A stretch of 64,000 bases of DNA from an uncultured delta proteobacterium (GTDB taxonomy: Bacteria > Desulfobacterota > Binatia > UBA9968), in NCBI GenBank assembly GCA_963771465.1, contig CAVYTU010000008.1:192001-256000 (forward strand). Reading direction: 5' to 3'. Positions 8,998-19,019 of the stretch are shown here, one piece after another (positions within the stretch are counted from its first letter, which is position 1; the number at the start of each line of letters is the position of its first letter). The position numbers and the translations under genes were made by a program. The notes under the pieces were generated by a model, which worked only from the letters and a program-made list of their open reading frames with translations, made no database searches and had not been told where the DNA came from.

Positions 8998-9819
8998 TCA
9001 CCCGGACCTAAAGGGTCGATCCCTAGCCTCGAGAAAAGCCTTTAATCCTTCTTCCTTTCGTATTTTCGCAAGTGCCTCGGTGTCATTTTCGGCCGGTGTT
9101 AGAAACTTGAGCAATGACGATACCCGGGTGCCCAGCTCCTGCATCGGACGTAAGCCGCGCTCTTCATAGATCATCGAAATCCACCGTTTGACAGAGCGGG
9201 CCGTTACCGGCGGAACATGCGCTAGCCGTTGCGCTAACGCAAGAGCAACATTTTGCGCTTCACCGCTGGGAACGACGCGCGCAACGAGCCCTAGTCTCTC
9301 GGCCTCGTGCGCACTAATGAGGTCACCGGAAAGCATGAACAGTTTTGCTTGCTGCGGACCCATGAGCCAGGGAACGATGGTTGCGACGAACGAGCCTGAT
9401 CTGATTTCCGGCTGGCCGAACCGAGCATCTTCCGCAGCGATCACAATGTCGCACCACAGCGCGAGTTCTAATCCACGGCCGATGCAATGCCCGTGAACGG
9501 CGGCGATGATAGGCTTTGGGATCTCCCATAGGCGAAATTGCCGGTCTGAAACTGAATCGCGTTTTTCCCACTCTTCGAGCACGCCTTTGCTTCGCGGCCC
9601 TTTGATGTACGAGCCGGCCGAAAAACTGCGGCCGGCGCCATTAATCACGATCGCGCGAACCGAGCGATCGCGCTCCGCGTCGCCGAGCGCGGCATCCAAC
9701 TCTAAATATACGTTCTCATCCAGCGTGTTCAGCTTGTCCGGTCGGTTCAAAGTAATGGTGGCGACTCTCCCGTTTTTGTCATAGAGCACGAATTTCGTAT
9801 CCCGCGCTTTAACCGACAT
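8998..9819 (-). CDS. Enoyl-CoA hydratase/isomerase (crotonase) family protein
   Basis: ITLNRPDKLN, FSAG, KPIIAAVHGHCIGRGLELALWCD, FGQPE. Confidence 0.92.
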   Translation of the reverse strand: MSVKARDTKFVLYDKNGRVATITLNRPDKLNTLDENVYLELDAALGDAERDRSVRAIVINGAGRSFSAGSYIKGPRSKGVLEEWEKRDSVSDRQFRLWEIPKPIIAAVHGHCIGRGLELALWCDIVIAAEDARFGQPEIRSGSFVATIVPWLMGPQQAKLFMLSGDLISAHEAERLGLVARVVPSGEAQNVALALAQRLAHVPPVTARSVKRWISMIYEERGLRPMQELGTRVSSLLKFLTPAENDTEALAKIRKEEGLKAFLEARDRPFRSG

Positions 9820-9916
9820 TGGGATGTCCTCTTCTTTGCGCCAAAGATCGCATCGCATTAAACATTGGTTTCAAAAGTTGACCGTCTTCGAGAAGCGAAA
9901 GGAGTTCGATCGATCG

Positions 9917-10267
9917 TCAGACGACGCACCAGCCTTGAACGGCAAGATCGAGGCGATTGCCTTCCGGATCTAGCGCGCGGAATTCCGCGTCGTGGTCCTC
10001 CGGCATCGCTGTGAGTTCACCAGTTCCGCCGGCATTCTTCAGGGTTCCTGCCAAATCGCTGACGTCGTCGACGTCGAATCCGATGACATAGAAACCGGGC
10101 TTGGCATCGCCAATCTTGTCGACAATGGCTAGGTTAAAGTTCCCATCCGAAAGATGGGTGCTGTGAGGCCGGCCATAAATGACCTTTAGGTCAAAGGCAT
10201 CAATATAGAATTTCACCAATCGCTCGCGGTTGGCAGTTACGATGGCGAGATGACGAAGCTTGGGCAT
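9917..10267 (-). CDS. VOC/glyoxalase family protein
   Basis: LRHLAI...FY...LSDGNFNLA...DPEGNRLDL; paralog of the neighbouring gene. Confidence 0.88.
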   Translation of the reverse strand: MPKLRHLAIVTANRERLVKFYIDAFDLKVIYGRPHSTHLSDGNFNLAIVDKIGDAKPGFYVIGFDVDDVSDLAGTLKNAGGTGELTAMPEDHDAEFRALDPEGNRLDLAVQGWCVV

Positions 10268-10337
10268 TAGAATCTCCTTGCATCAATCGTAATTAAGTCT
10301 GGATCTGTTTCGACGCCGCATGTGCGGCTAATACCTG

Positions 10338-10685
10338 TCACACGGGCCAGCCGTGCATGGATAAATCGATTGCATTTCCATCTGGATCGAAAACCCGAAA
10401 TTCAGCTTCGCGGTTCCTCGGCCGTTTTTGAACTTCACTGCTAGCTCCGGCGTCCTTTAGCTTTTTCTTTAGAGCTTCGATATCCTCGACGTCTACCCCG
10501 AAATGATAGATACCGGGCTCTCGCCCAGTATAGATTTTGTTCAACGCAAGATTGATTGAACCATCCGAAAGGTAAATGGCGCCGCCCAACCCTTTCACTT
10601 GCTTCATACCGAAGGCCTTTGTATAAAATTCTCGCAACTTCGCCGGGTCCGAACTCGCAATCGCTACATGACGAATTTTGGGCAT
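10338..10685 (-). CDS. VOC/glyoxalase family protein
   Basis: IRHVAI...LSDGSINLA...YHFGVDV...DPDGNAIDL; AGGAGG RBS. Confidence 0.9.
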   Translation of the reverse strand: MPKIRHVAIASSDPAKLREFYTKAFGMKQVKGLGGAIYLSDGSINLALNKIYTGREPGIYHFGVDVEDIEALKKKLKDAGASSEVQKRPRNREAEFRVFDPDGNAIDLSMHGWPV

Positions 10686-10720
10686 GTCTGACCTCCTTAG
10701 TTTTTATTCTCGTTTCGTTA

Positions 10721-11437
10721 TTAAACCATTCGCATAAGCTGTCCGTAACCAGAAATCTTCTCCTTCATGCCAATTGCCTTAAATGCTGCATGAAGCTGTG
10801 AGGTTGTATTTGCAATAACCGGTAGCCCCAAGTCCGTCTCGATCGTTTCGATGACATCCACGACGGGAAAATTGGCACAGGGTATAAAAATTCCTTCGGC
10901 TTTTCCGGCTTCTTTGACGGCTTGCTTGGCCGCCCGATAAATATCTCCGACCGATGCGACACTCGATTCTGTGAAGGTGGTTCCAAGACTTACCAATGAA
11001 GCCACTTCGAACCCCCACTCTTTGAGATAGTTGATCATTTTCTGATTGAGCTCTGGAGGGTAGGGAACCACGGCAGCCAACCGCGTGACCGACAGTTCTC
11101 TGAATGCGTCCATCGCCGCCACGATGCTGGTGGTGCAGGGAACGCCGGTGATCTTCTGCATTTTTTCGATCAGGCTGGTCTCGAATCCTTTGCCCTGCGC
11201 CAATACCAAGGGTGCGCCACCGTGAATTATATAGTCGCAGAATCTTCTTCCCAGCTCTCGAGAACAGGCTTCCACTCTATCGAGCGCTTCTCGATAGGCC
11301 TCTTCTTTCCATCCCCCCACCATACAAGTCACTGCGATCAAACCAACACCCTGAGGTGCTATGCGATAAAAATCGTAGGCGTTGAGTTCAATGATGGACG
11401 GCGAAATATAGCCAATTCTGCCTCTAAAGCCGAACAT
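10721..11437 (-). CDS. Asp/Glu racemase superfamily protein (maleate isomerase/arylmalonate decarboxylase-like)
   Basis: RGRIGYISPS, VVPYPPELN, IFIPCANFP, IETDLGLPVI motifs. Confidence 0.85.
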   Translation of the reverse strand: MFGFRGRIGYISPSIIELNAYDFYRIAPQGVGLIAVTCMVGGWKEEAYREALDRVEACSRELGRRFCDYIIHGGAPLVLAQGKGFETSLIEKMQKITGVPCTTSIVAAMDAFRELSVTRLAAVVPYPPELNQKMINYLKEWGFEVASLVSLGTTFTESSVASVGDIYRAAKQAVKEAGKAEGIFIPCANFPVVDVIETIETDLGLPVIANTTSQLHAAFKAIGMKEKISGYGQLMRMV

Positions 11438-11533
11438 ATGTACCTCGTTTTCTTTCTCCGATTGGCGATGCAAAACCGCTGTAGTGCATCGTGATCACGT
11501 CTTTGCCAACAAGAGAAAACATCGCATCGACGA

Positions 11534-13102
11534 CTAATAGCCTATGGCGTATCCATCCCGGCGCGGGTCGGCGCCCGCCTGGAAAACACCGGTATTTCGA
11601 TCCATCAATATTCCTTCAGCGCCGCCCATGCGAAAATCCCAAGACTCGGTAACTTTAACCTTGAAGCCGGCATTTTGGAGGTGGAGCTGTGTTTCACTCG
11701 GAAAGCGAGTTTCGATTTCTACCGTACTCGCACCTTTGCGCTGCCAGCGGGGCGCCTCAATGGCTTGTTGGATGTCCATGCCAAAGTCAATCAGATTGGA
11801 CAGGATCTGCGCCAAAAATTGAGTCTGTCCCATTCCCCCGGGAGTTCCGAGTGCTAACCAGGGCGCATTATCCTTGAATACCAGAGCGGGGCTTAGAGTA
11901 TGCGCGGGCCGCTTGTGCGGCGCCATTTCGTTTGGATGACCCGGCTCGAGATTGAATCCCTGTGTCCGATTATTAAGGATAACGCCGGTGCCGTCAGCGA
12001 CAATGCCGCAACCGAAACTTTCGTGCACGCTTTGAATCATCGACACCCAGTTCCCTTGAGCGTCTGCGGTTGTGATATAGGTTGTGTCTTCGCCCGAACG
12101 AGCGGAAATTTGCGTGCTGCATGACGGGAACGCTTTCATCTCTGGATAATTGAGGAGAAAGGTATCGAGCGCCTTTCGATCGAACGACTCCGAATCTGCG
12201 ATCCACAAACATCCATTTTCTAATGCCTGCATTTGAGCTTTCAGCTGGAGCTCGACTATTTCTCCACTGTTTTGCGTCAGAGTCGCGGGATCGTGTCTTT
12301 CCAGAAGCGCCAACTGAAGCAGAAGGAGCAAGCCGTAAGAATTTGGCGGGGGGACATAAACATCATAGCCCCTGTAAACGCCGTGAATCGGAGTTTCCCA
12401 GACCGACTGGTGTTCGCGAAAATCTTCGAGACTAAAACATCCGCCCTTTTCTTCAAATGTTCGACAAATGGATTCGGCCACACGACCGGCATAAAATGCA
12501 TCTCTGCCACCGCAGCTAACCTCGCTCATGGTGCCAGCAAGGTCGTTTTGAACTAACAACTCATTGACTTGCACTGGCTTGCCTTGAGGGAAAAATATTT
12601 TCGCCCACGCCGGATCCGTATGCCCTCGCTCGCCAAAACTTTTGATCACGCGCGCGAGATGAGGAAAGACCGGGAATCCATTTGCTGCGTAGTCAATGGC
12701 TGGCTCCCACAGTTCTTTAAGAGGTCGGGTGGCGAATCTGTTCGCGAGTTGTATCCACGCGTCGACTGCACCCGGCACGTTGGCCGCAAGTGGACCTCGT
12801 GTAGGGATTTCATCTTGGTAGAACTCACGCTTGAGCAGACTCGGAGATTTTCCCGACCCATTAAGACAATAAACTTTTTTATCCTCCGCTGAATAGTACA
12901 GAGCGAAGACATCGCCGCCGAGACCGCAGTGATAAGATTTTATCACTGATAAGACCCCGGCTGCAGCGAGGGCGGCATCCATTGCATTGCCGCCTTTTTT
13001 TAGAAAATACAGAGCTTCGCAAGTCGCAACGGAGTGCCCAGTTGACGCCATGCCGTGACGTCCCGTGATGACCGGTCGATGAGCCTTCGAGTCTTCAACC
13101 AT
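11534..13102 (-). CDS. Gamma-glutamyltransferase family (Ntn hydrolase)
   Basis: GGNAMDAA, GLGGD, VPGAV, nucleophile motif DTTY, KRPAHTL, GTPGG, GADPRRDG. Confidence 0.93.
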   Translation of the reverse strand: MVEDSKAHRPVITGRHGMASTGHSVATCEALYFLKKGGNAMDAALAAAGVLSVIKSYHCGLGGDVFALYYSAEDKKVYCLNGSGKSPSLLKREFYQDEIPTRGPLAANVPGAVDAWIQLANRFATRPLKELWEPAIDYAANGFPVFPHLARVIKSFGERGHTDPAWAKIFFPQGKPVQVNELLVQNDLAGTMSEVSCGGRDAFYAGRVAESICRTFEEKGGCFSLEDFREHQSVWETPIHGVYRGYDVYVPPPNSYGLLLLLQLALLERHDPATLTQNSGEIVELQLKAQMQALENGCLWIADSESFDRKALDTFLLNYPEMKAFPSCSTQISARSGEDTTYITTADAQGNWVSMIQSVHESFGCGIVADGTGVILNNRTQGFNLEPGHPNEMAPHKRPAHTLSPALVFKDNAPWLALGTPGGMGQTQFLAQILSNLIDFGMDIQQAIEAPRWQRKGASTVEIETRFPSETQLHLQNAGFKVKVTESWDFRMGGAEGILMDRNTGVFQAGADPRRDGYAIGY

Positions 13103-13167
13103 TCTGGTTCATTAATCCCTTAACCTTGTATTCGCTTCCACTTTCGCGCTCGAAACGAAACCCTCCG

Positions 13168-14280
13168 TTATCGCTTTGGCAATGGCCCCTCTCCAGAGAT
13201 CAAGTTGTAGAGCTTCACGTCTTGCGGTTCTCTAGGAATAGCTCTGACCATGCTTTCGAGCTCCTCGGGCATAAGTGGAGAGGGCTCTCCTTTAGTCATA
13301 GTTCGCCAATTTTCGTGGAATTCTTTGTCTTTCCAGACTTTTGCAAATGCATCTTTCAAAGTTTTGACTCGTTCCGGAGGAGTATTAGGTGGTAGAACGA
13401 ACGCTTGCAGAAATTGCATAAAGCTGACGTACATCTGCACCACTCTTTTTTCTCGTTCACTTGTCGCGAAATCATGTAAAGCCGGCAGGCGAGCCAAGGC
13501 AGGATGATTTGGTCGAAATCCGAACGGAACCTCAATGACGCCGTGAACGTGCACCAGTCCATCGGTGATGAATTGCGGTGTTCGCTGAATCACTGCGTCA
13601 ACGCTATTAGCCCGCGCGTCGAGTTCACCTTGCGCAATCGCCACATCGATTTCCGCTCCCGAGTAACCAACGACGAATTTGGGGTCTTTGATATCGAGAA
13701 GCCAGGCAAAGAGTCGGGCCGCGACGTAATTTGAGTGACCGATAGATTGGCCGCCTATACGTAAATTCGTGCTCTTTTTTAGTTTATCCAGGCTATCGAG
13801 GCCGACCTCCTTCCTGGTAAAAAATAAAGTAGATCCTTCACTATGGCCGGAGCCGAGATAAACGAATTTATTCACATCATACAAAACGCCGGGCGATCCG
13901 AGAATGGGACTGGATACAAAACCGCTACCTACTCTGCCAATGGTTAATCCATCTGGACGCGCATTATTGAAAAGGAAGTTGGCGGCTTTTCTTCCGCCGG
14001 CGCCTTCCATGAACTGTATAACAATATTGGGATTTCCCGGTACGTGTTTTTTTAGACTTGCGATCACCGCATTGGTCCGCAAGTTGCCAACTCCTCCGGC
14101 GGAACTATCTTGAATGATCGTGATAGTCTTACCGCGGTAAAAATCAGCTTGCGAAAACACGTCAGCTGGAAGCATCCCAAGCAGAAACAACACGGAGATT
14201 GCGGCGCAAACGAAGGCTCGACTGCGCATTTTAATGAACGTTCTGGATGGTGTCATGATGATGCTTTCCATGATTAACAA
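13168..14280 (-). CDS. Tripartite tricarboxylate transporter substrate-binding protein (Bug/TctC-like)
   Basis: FYRGKTI, HVPGNP, GAGGRKAAN, PDGLTIG, PPNTPPERV; paralog of 6772-7845. The true start is probably a later ATG. Confidence 0.88.
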   Translation of the reverse strand: MLIMESIIMTPSRTFIKMRSRAFVCAAISVLFLLGMLPADVFSQADFYRGKTITIIQDSSAGGVGNLRTNAVIASLKKHVPGNPNIVIQFMEGAGGRKAANFLFNNARPDGLTIGRVGSGFVSSPILGSPGVLYDVNKFVYLGSGHSEGSTLFFTRKEVGLDSLDKLKKSTNLRIGGQSIGHSNYVAARLFAWLLDIKDPKFVVGYSGAEIDVAIAQGELDARANSVDAVIQRTPQFITDGLVHVHGVIEVPFGFRPNHPALARLPALHDFATSEREKRVVQMYVSFMQFLQAFVLPPNTPPERVKTLKDAFAKVWKDKEFHENWRTMTKGEPSPLMPEELESMVRAIPREPQDVKLYNLISGEGPLPKR

Positions 14281-14281
14281 T

Positions 14282-15001
14282 TTATAAAAGACGTAGCAGT
14301 TTTCCGTAGCCGTCTATTTTCTCCCTCATACCGATGGCTTTAAATGCGGAATACAGCTGTGATGTAATATTCGCTATGACGGGAAGTCCCGTATCGGTCT
14401 CGATATCGGTAATGACGTCAACGACGGGAAAATTAGTACACGGAATAAAGATCGCGTCAGCATTTTGCGCCTCTTTTGCGGCCTTCCTGGCGGCCTGATA
14501 GATGTCGGCTACAGAAGCAATACTTGATCTTGTAAACGCCGTTCCAAGACTCACAACAGACATCACGCTGAAGCCCCACTGATCAAGATACTCCGTCAGT
14601 TTTGCGTTAAGGTCCGGCGGATAAGGATCGACCACGGCGAGCCTTGAAGCGCCAAGATCTCTAAACGCTTCCATGGCTGCAACGATGGCGGTTGTACACG
14701 GAACACCTGTGATTTTTTGAAGCGATTCTACTAGGCGAGACTCGTAGCCCTTTTCCTGGGATAGGACCAGCGGCGCTCCCGCATGAACTACAAAATCACA
14801 AAATCGTCGGCTGAGCTCGATGGCGCAAGCTTCAACCTTAGCTAATGCTTCTTTATAGGCTGCGTCCTTCCAGTCCTCGACCATGCAGGTCACCGCGATC
14901 ATTCCCACGCCCTTGGGAACAATGCGATAGAAATCGTATCCCCTGAGTTCAATGACCGAGGGCGAGATAAAGCCGATTCTTGCGCGAGATCCAAAAAGCA
15001 C
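14282..15001 (-). CDS. Asp/Glu racemase superfamily protein (maleate isomerase/arylmalonate decarboxylase-like), second paralog
   Basis: GTG start after GAGGAG. RARIGFISPS and IFIPCTNFP; closely similar to 10721-11437. Confidence 0.85.
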   Translation of the reverse strand: MLFGSRARIGFISPSVIELRGYDFYRIVPKGVGMIAVTCMVEDWKDAAYKEALAKVEACAIELSRRFCDFVVHAGAPLVLSQEKGYESRLVESLQKITGVPCTTAIVAAMEAFRDLGASRLAVVDPYPPDLNAKLTEYLDQWGFSVMSVVSLGTAFTRSSIASVADIYQAARKAAKEAQNADAIFIPCTNFPVVDVITDIETDTGLPVIANITSQLYSAFKAIGMREKIDGYGKLLRLL

Positions 15002-15286
15002 GTTTCTCCTCACTAGAAGTTAAGGCAAAAACGAATAATCTGCGAGACGCAATATTCACCAACTTTTGACCGGAGTCTCTCGGTTACAACAAAGTCTTCG
15101 AGATTAAATAAAGTGATCTGTGCCGATATCCAAATTAGTCGGTTCACCGGAACCGGCGGCGATCCATATTTATCGAACGACAGAGATTGACTGTTTCCCG
15201 CTTGTGGCGCCAAAAAAATGACCGGATTGAGACCGGTAGTGAAAGAGTCTGCATCCCTAGATCAACCCTTTTGAGTCGATTAACAA

Positions 15287-15321
15287 ATTGGAATAGTATA
15301 TGTCAAATAAATAATTCCAAT
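15287..15321. promoter_or_regulatory. Inverted repeat in the divergent LysR/operon intergenic region
   Basis: ATTGGAAT-N19-ATTCCAAT in AT-rich DNA just upstream of the LysR ATG. Confidence 0.35.
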
Positions 15322-15340
15322 ACTTTCATCAGAAATTCTC

Positions 15341-16252
15341 ATGAATATTGACTTAGATCGCTTGTGTACTTTTATTCAGCTCGCGCAAGAAGGAAGCTTC
15401 ACAGCCTCAGGAAAAAGTCTCAGGAAATCGCAATCGGCTGTCAGCCTTCAAATCGCGGGACTGGAAAGCCAGTTTGGCTTGCAACTGATCGATAGATCGA
15501 CGCGGCCTATCAAACTTACAGAGGCGGGCCAACTGTTCTTGCAGTTTAGTACTCAAATCGTAAACCAAACGGCAGACCTCGAACGTACAATGAGAGAGCT
15601 GGCACGGGGGGTTTCCGGAGAGGTCAAGATTGGTGCAACCACGTCGGTCGGCGCCTATCTTCTTCCACCAATCGCTGGCGAACTAGCGAAAAAATATCCT
15701 AAGCTTTCTATTACGATAGTGTCACTGCCGCAGGCCACCGTTCTGGCGTCCGTGCGAGCATTAGCGGTAGATTTTGCTTTTATTCTTTCCGACCGAATGC
15801 CGGTTGACCTAAAAGTTACGACGTTGAAAAAAGAGCCTTTATGGTTTGTAAGCTCACCCGAAAACACACTTGTAAAAAAGATTCCGCTCACTCCGAGCGA
15901 TTTGAAATCGATTCCCTTTATTGTCGGCCTCAAAGGAGACCAGTACACCGGAATGATGGAGAGCATTCTTGAAGAAAGGCGCCTTCCAAAAGTGCCGATC
16001 GCAATGAGAATTGGAAATTATGAGGGTATTAAACAAGCCGTCTGTGCGGGAATCGGAATCGGAATTTTGCCGCGATTTACTATTCATAATGAGATTCGCA
16101 ATCGCACGTTAGTACGAATTGGTGTTGACGGTGTTGATCTCTCTGCGAGGATTATGCTCGTGGAAAGAATGCAAACCCTACAAAGACCGACCGCGATCTC
16201 GGCAAAGTCCTATATTTCCGCAGCTATTAGTAAACTCCAAACACCCGATTGA
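15341..16252 (+). CDS. LysR family transcriptional regulator
   Basis: N-terminal HTH GSFTASGKSLRKSQSAVSLQI, LTEAG, GEVKIGA, GIGIGILP; divergent from the catabolic operon. Confidence 0.95.
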   Translation: MNIDLDRLCTFIQLAQEGSFTASGKSLRKSQSAVSLQIAGLESQFGLQLIDRSTRPIKLTEAGQLFLQFSTQIVNQTADLERTMRELARGVSGEVKIGATTSVGAYLLPPIAGELAKKYPKLSITIVSLPQATVLASVRALAVDFAFILSDRMPVDLKVTTLKKEPLWFVSSPENTLVKKIPLTPSDLKSIPFIVGLKGDQYTGMMESILEERRLPKVPIAMRIGNYEGIKQAVCAGIGIGILPRFTIHNEIRNRTLVRIGVDGVDLSARIMLVERMQTLQRPTAISAKSYISAAISKLQTPD

Positions 16253-16390
16253 AACGGGCAGCAGGGTCAAGTCCACTTTTAGCGTATAACGCGTTTATTG
16301 ATCTGAATAAGATGCTGTCCGAAGCCTGAATTGAACGTTGTTGTGATCGAACGCGCCAGTGATTTAGGTCTCCAACGGGGTGATTCACGA

Positions 16391-17914
16391 TCACATCCGC
16401 CGATCCAGACTGCGATACTGAATCGCCTCGGCGATATGTGAAACTTCGATATTCTCGGCGCCGGCGAGATCGGCGATGGTGCGGCCGACTTTTAATACGC
16501 GGCTGTACGCTCGCGCGCTCAAACCGAGCTTGTTGATCGCCGTCTCCAACAACCTCTCGGCGTCTTCTTTCACTGCGCAGTAACGCTTGATCTCCTTCGC
16601 GCCCATCTGCGCGTTGGCGTGGATCTTGGTTTTTTGGAAGCGTTGCTGCTGAACCGTGCGCGCGACGTTCACCCGTTTGCGAATCACGTCGGAATTTTCT
16701 CCGGCGTCTTTGCTGGCCAGCTCTTGATAGCGCAATCCCGGCACTTCGATCTGAATGTCGATGCGGTCGAGCAGCGGCCCGGACACTTTGGAGCGATAGC
16801 GCTGAATCTGCAGCGGCGTGCAGGTGCATTCCTTCTGCGGATCGGTCAGGAAGCCGCACGGACAGGGATTCATGGCGGCGACCAGCATAAAACGCGCCGG
16901 ATAATTGATCGAGCCCATGGCGCGCGACACCGTGATGCTGCCGTCCTCCAAGGGCTGGCGCATGACTTCTAAAACGTTGCGGCGAAACTCGGGCAGCTCG
17001 TCGAGAAACAAGACGCCGTGGTGCGCCAGCGAAACTTCCCCCGGCTTGGGCACCGTGCCGCCGCCGACCAGGCCCGCGTCTGAAATCGTATGGTGCGGCG
17101 AGCGAAACGGCCGCGTCGCGATGATCGCCTGGCCGTTGAGCGTGCCCATGACGCTATGGATCTTGGTTGTTTCCAATGCCTCGGCCAGCGTCAGATCGGG
17201 AAGGATCGTCGGCAGCCGTTTGGCCAGCATGGTCTTGCCGGAACCGGGCGGGCCGACGAGAATCACATTGTGACCGCCGGCGGCGGCGACTTCGAGGGCG
17301 CGTTTCACGTGCTGCTGGCCTTTCACATCGTTGAAGTCGGCGCTGTACTGCGAGTTTTGATTGAACAGGTCGTCGAGATTGGCGGTGGTGACCGGCAGCG
17401 CTTGCGCGCGATTTAAAAACTCCACCACCTGGGGCAAATCGCGCACGCCGAGAATTTCTACATCGCTCACCACCGCCGCTTCGGCGGCGTTCTGCTCCGG
17501 TAAAATCACCCCGCGCACATTTTCCTTTTGCGCCACCATGGCGATCGCCAGCGCGCCGCGCACCGGTTTGACCGTGCCGTCGAGAGAAAGCTCACCGATC
17601 AGCAAATAATGATCGAGCAACTCCTTCTCGACGATCCCTTCGGCGGCGAGAATGCCGATGGCCATCGGCAGATCGTAGGCTGAGCCTTCCTTTTTTATGT
17701 CGGCAGGAGCGAGATTGATGGTGATACGCTTGGCGGGGAAAGTATAGCCGCAATTTTTCACCGCGGCGCGGATGCGATCTTTGCTTTCTTTGACCGCGCC
17801 TTCCGCCAAACCGACCGTAGCGAGTTGCGGTAAGCCGGAGGCAAGATCGATCTCGACCTCGACGCGCAATGCGTCGATACCGTAGAGGGCCGCGCTATTA
17901 ACTTTGGCGAGCAT
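16391..17914 (-). CDS. comM: YifB/ComM family Mg-chelatase-like AAA+ ATPase
   Basis: MLAKVNSAALYG start, ITINLAPADIKKEGSAYDL, GPPGSGKT, RPFRSPHH, LFLDELPEF, AAMNPCPCG, RTIADL. Confidence 0.95.
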   Translation of the reverse strand: MLAKVNSAALYGIDALRVEVEIDLASGLPQLATVGLAEGAVKESKDRIRAAVKNCGYTFPAKRITINLAPADIKKEGSAYDLPMAIGILAAEGIVEKELLDHYLLIGELSLDGTVKPVRGALAIAMVAQKENVRGVILPEQNAAEAAVVSDVEILGVRDLPQVVEFLNRAQALPVTTANLDDLFNQNSQYSADFNDVKGQQHVKRALEVAAAGGHNVILVGPPGSGKTMLAKRLPTILPDLTLAEALETTKIHSVMGTLNGQAIIATRPFRSPHHTISDAGLVGGGTVPKPGEVSLAHHGVLFLDELPEFRRNVLEVMRQPLEDGSITVSRAMGSINYPARFMLVAAMNPCPCGFLTDPQKECTCTPLQIQRYRSKVSGPLLDRIDIQIEVPGLRYQELASKDAGENSDVIRKRVNVARTVQQQRFQKTKIHANAQMGAKEIKRYCAVKEDAERLLETAINKLGLSARAYSRVLKVGRTIADLAGAENIEVSHIAEAIQYRSLDRRM

Positions 17915-18101
17915 GTGGGTTGAAACGCCGCGGCAGGCTAACAAAGCCAGTCTGGAATAACAAATAGAAAATCCGCCAACTACTGGCCCTTGTGAGAATA
18001 TCCAAGGTTCGCTAAGAATCTGAGCCAGTAGGTTTGAAAATGCCGGTTCGATTTTGTTTGACGCTATCTTGAGCTTGATAGATTTCCGCAGGAGGCAAGC
18101 C

Positions 18102-18983
18102 ATGGGAACAAAGTACAAAGAAGTGAACACGCTATCGTTTATCGGCAACGTCGGCCCTAAGACCGAGCGAGTGTGGAAGGAAGTCGACGAGGATGATGAC
18201 ATCATAGGCTGCAAGGAAAAACACGAGCGGGCCTGCCAGCTGATCGCGCCGCTAAAATTGCTGCAACGGGACCTTCCCGGCGATACCGACACTAAGCAGT
18301 TACCCATCTTCATGAATGACGACGTCCGCATCGAGCTGCAATATTGCCGCGGCGCCAAGGGCACTGACGGCCATCGTCCGGCGGGTTTCTCGGAAACCCA
18401 GCTACAAGTTCAAAATCAGCGCGTGACTAGAACTTCCGAGGGCGATTTTGCCTTGGAGGAAGGCGATCTGTTGGTGGTGCCGCCGAACGTAAGTCACGAG
18501 AACAGCGGCGACGGTCCGACAACACGGCTGATCGTCTACACGCGCGCACCGATGCAGATCGGTCACACCTATCCGGTCAAAGAGAGCGTGATTTCGAACA
18601 AGCAGTGCACTTTGCTAAAACCGAAAACCGTTCTCGACAAGGTCGACGAAGGCACGGCGTCCGGCGGCAAACATTTCGAGCTGGTGGAAAACGCCGACAT
18701 TATGATCGAGACTACGCATCGCTCCGACGCGCAGAAGATTTACCATCGCGGCTTCGGCCAGGACGAGATCGCCTTTCAGCTCTCCGGCCAGCGCGCCACG
18801 CGCACGAGTCAGGGTGACTACATGTTGGACACCGCGGATTTCCTCCTGATCCCACCCGGCACCTCGCACCGCAACATCGGCGATATGGCGACGATCCGCA
18901 TCATTCTTTACACCAGAAAATCGGTCCGCCTCGCCGATGAATACACCGAGCGCGTCAAGCGGGCCGGGCAGACGGTAACGTAA
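18102..18983 (+). CDS. Bicupin-fold protein (possible dioxygenase)
   Basis: AGGAGG RBS. Two internal repeats with cupin motifs: GDLLVVPPNVSH, and YHRGFGQDE...FLLIPPGTSH. Confidence 0.8.
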   Translation: MGTKYKEVNTLSFIGNVGPKTERVWKEVDEDDDIIGCKEKHERACQLIAPLKLLQRDLPGDTDTKQLPIFMNDDVRIELQYCRGAKGTDGHRPAGFSETQLQVQNQRVTRTSEGDFALEEGDLLVVPPNVSHENSGDGPTTRLIVYTRAPMQIGHTYPVKESVISNKQCTLLKPKTVLDKVDEGTASGGKHFELVENADIMIETTHRSDAQKIYHRGFGQDEIAFQLSGQRATRTSQGDYMLDTADFLLIPPGTSHRNIGDMATIRIILYTRKSVRLADEYTERVKRAGQTVT

Positions 18984-19019
18984 ATCAGGTAAGTGGTTAG
19001 GTGCTCGCAGGGCCGAAAA

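Noticed and set aside
16253-16390. att site or integrase for the catabolic block at the comM 3' end
   Set aside because: I could not find a direct repeat matching the left boundary (about 6500-6770), and no recombinase gene is present.
17915-18364. 150-aa N-terminal extension of the comM ORF in the track
   Set aside because: It overlaps the divergent cupin gene and has no family motifs; YifB/ComM proteins begin at MLAKV (17914).
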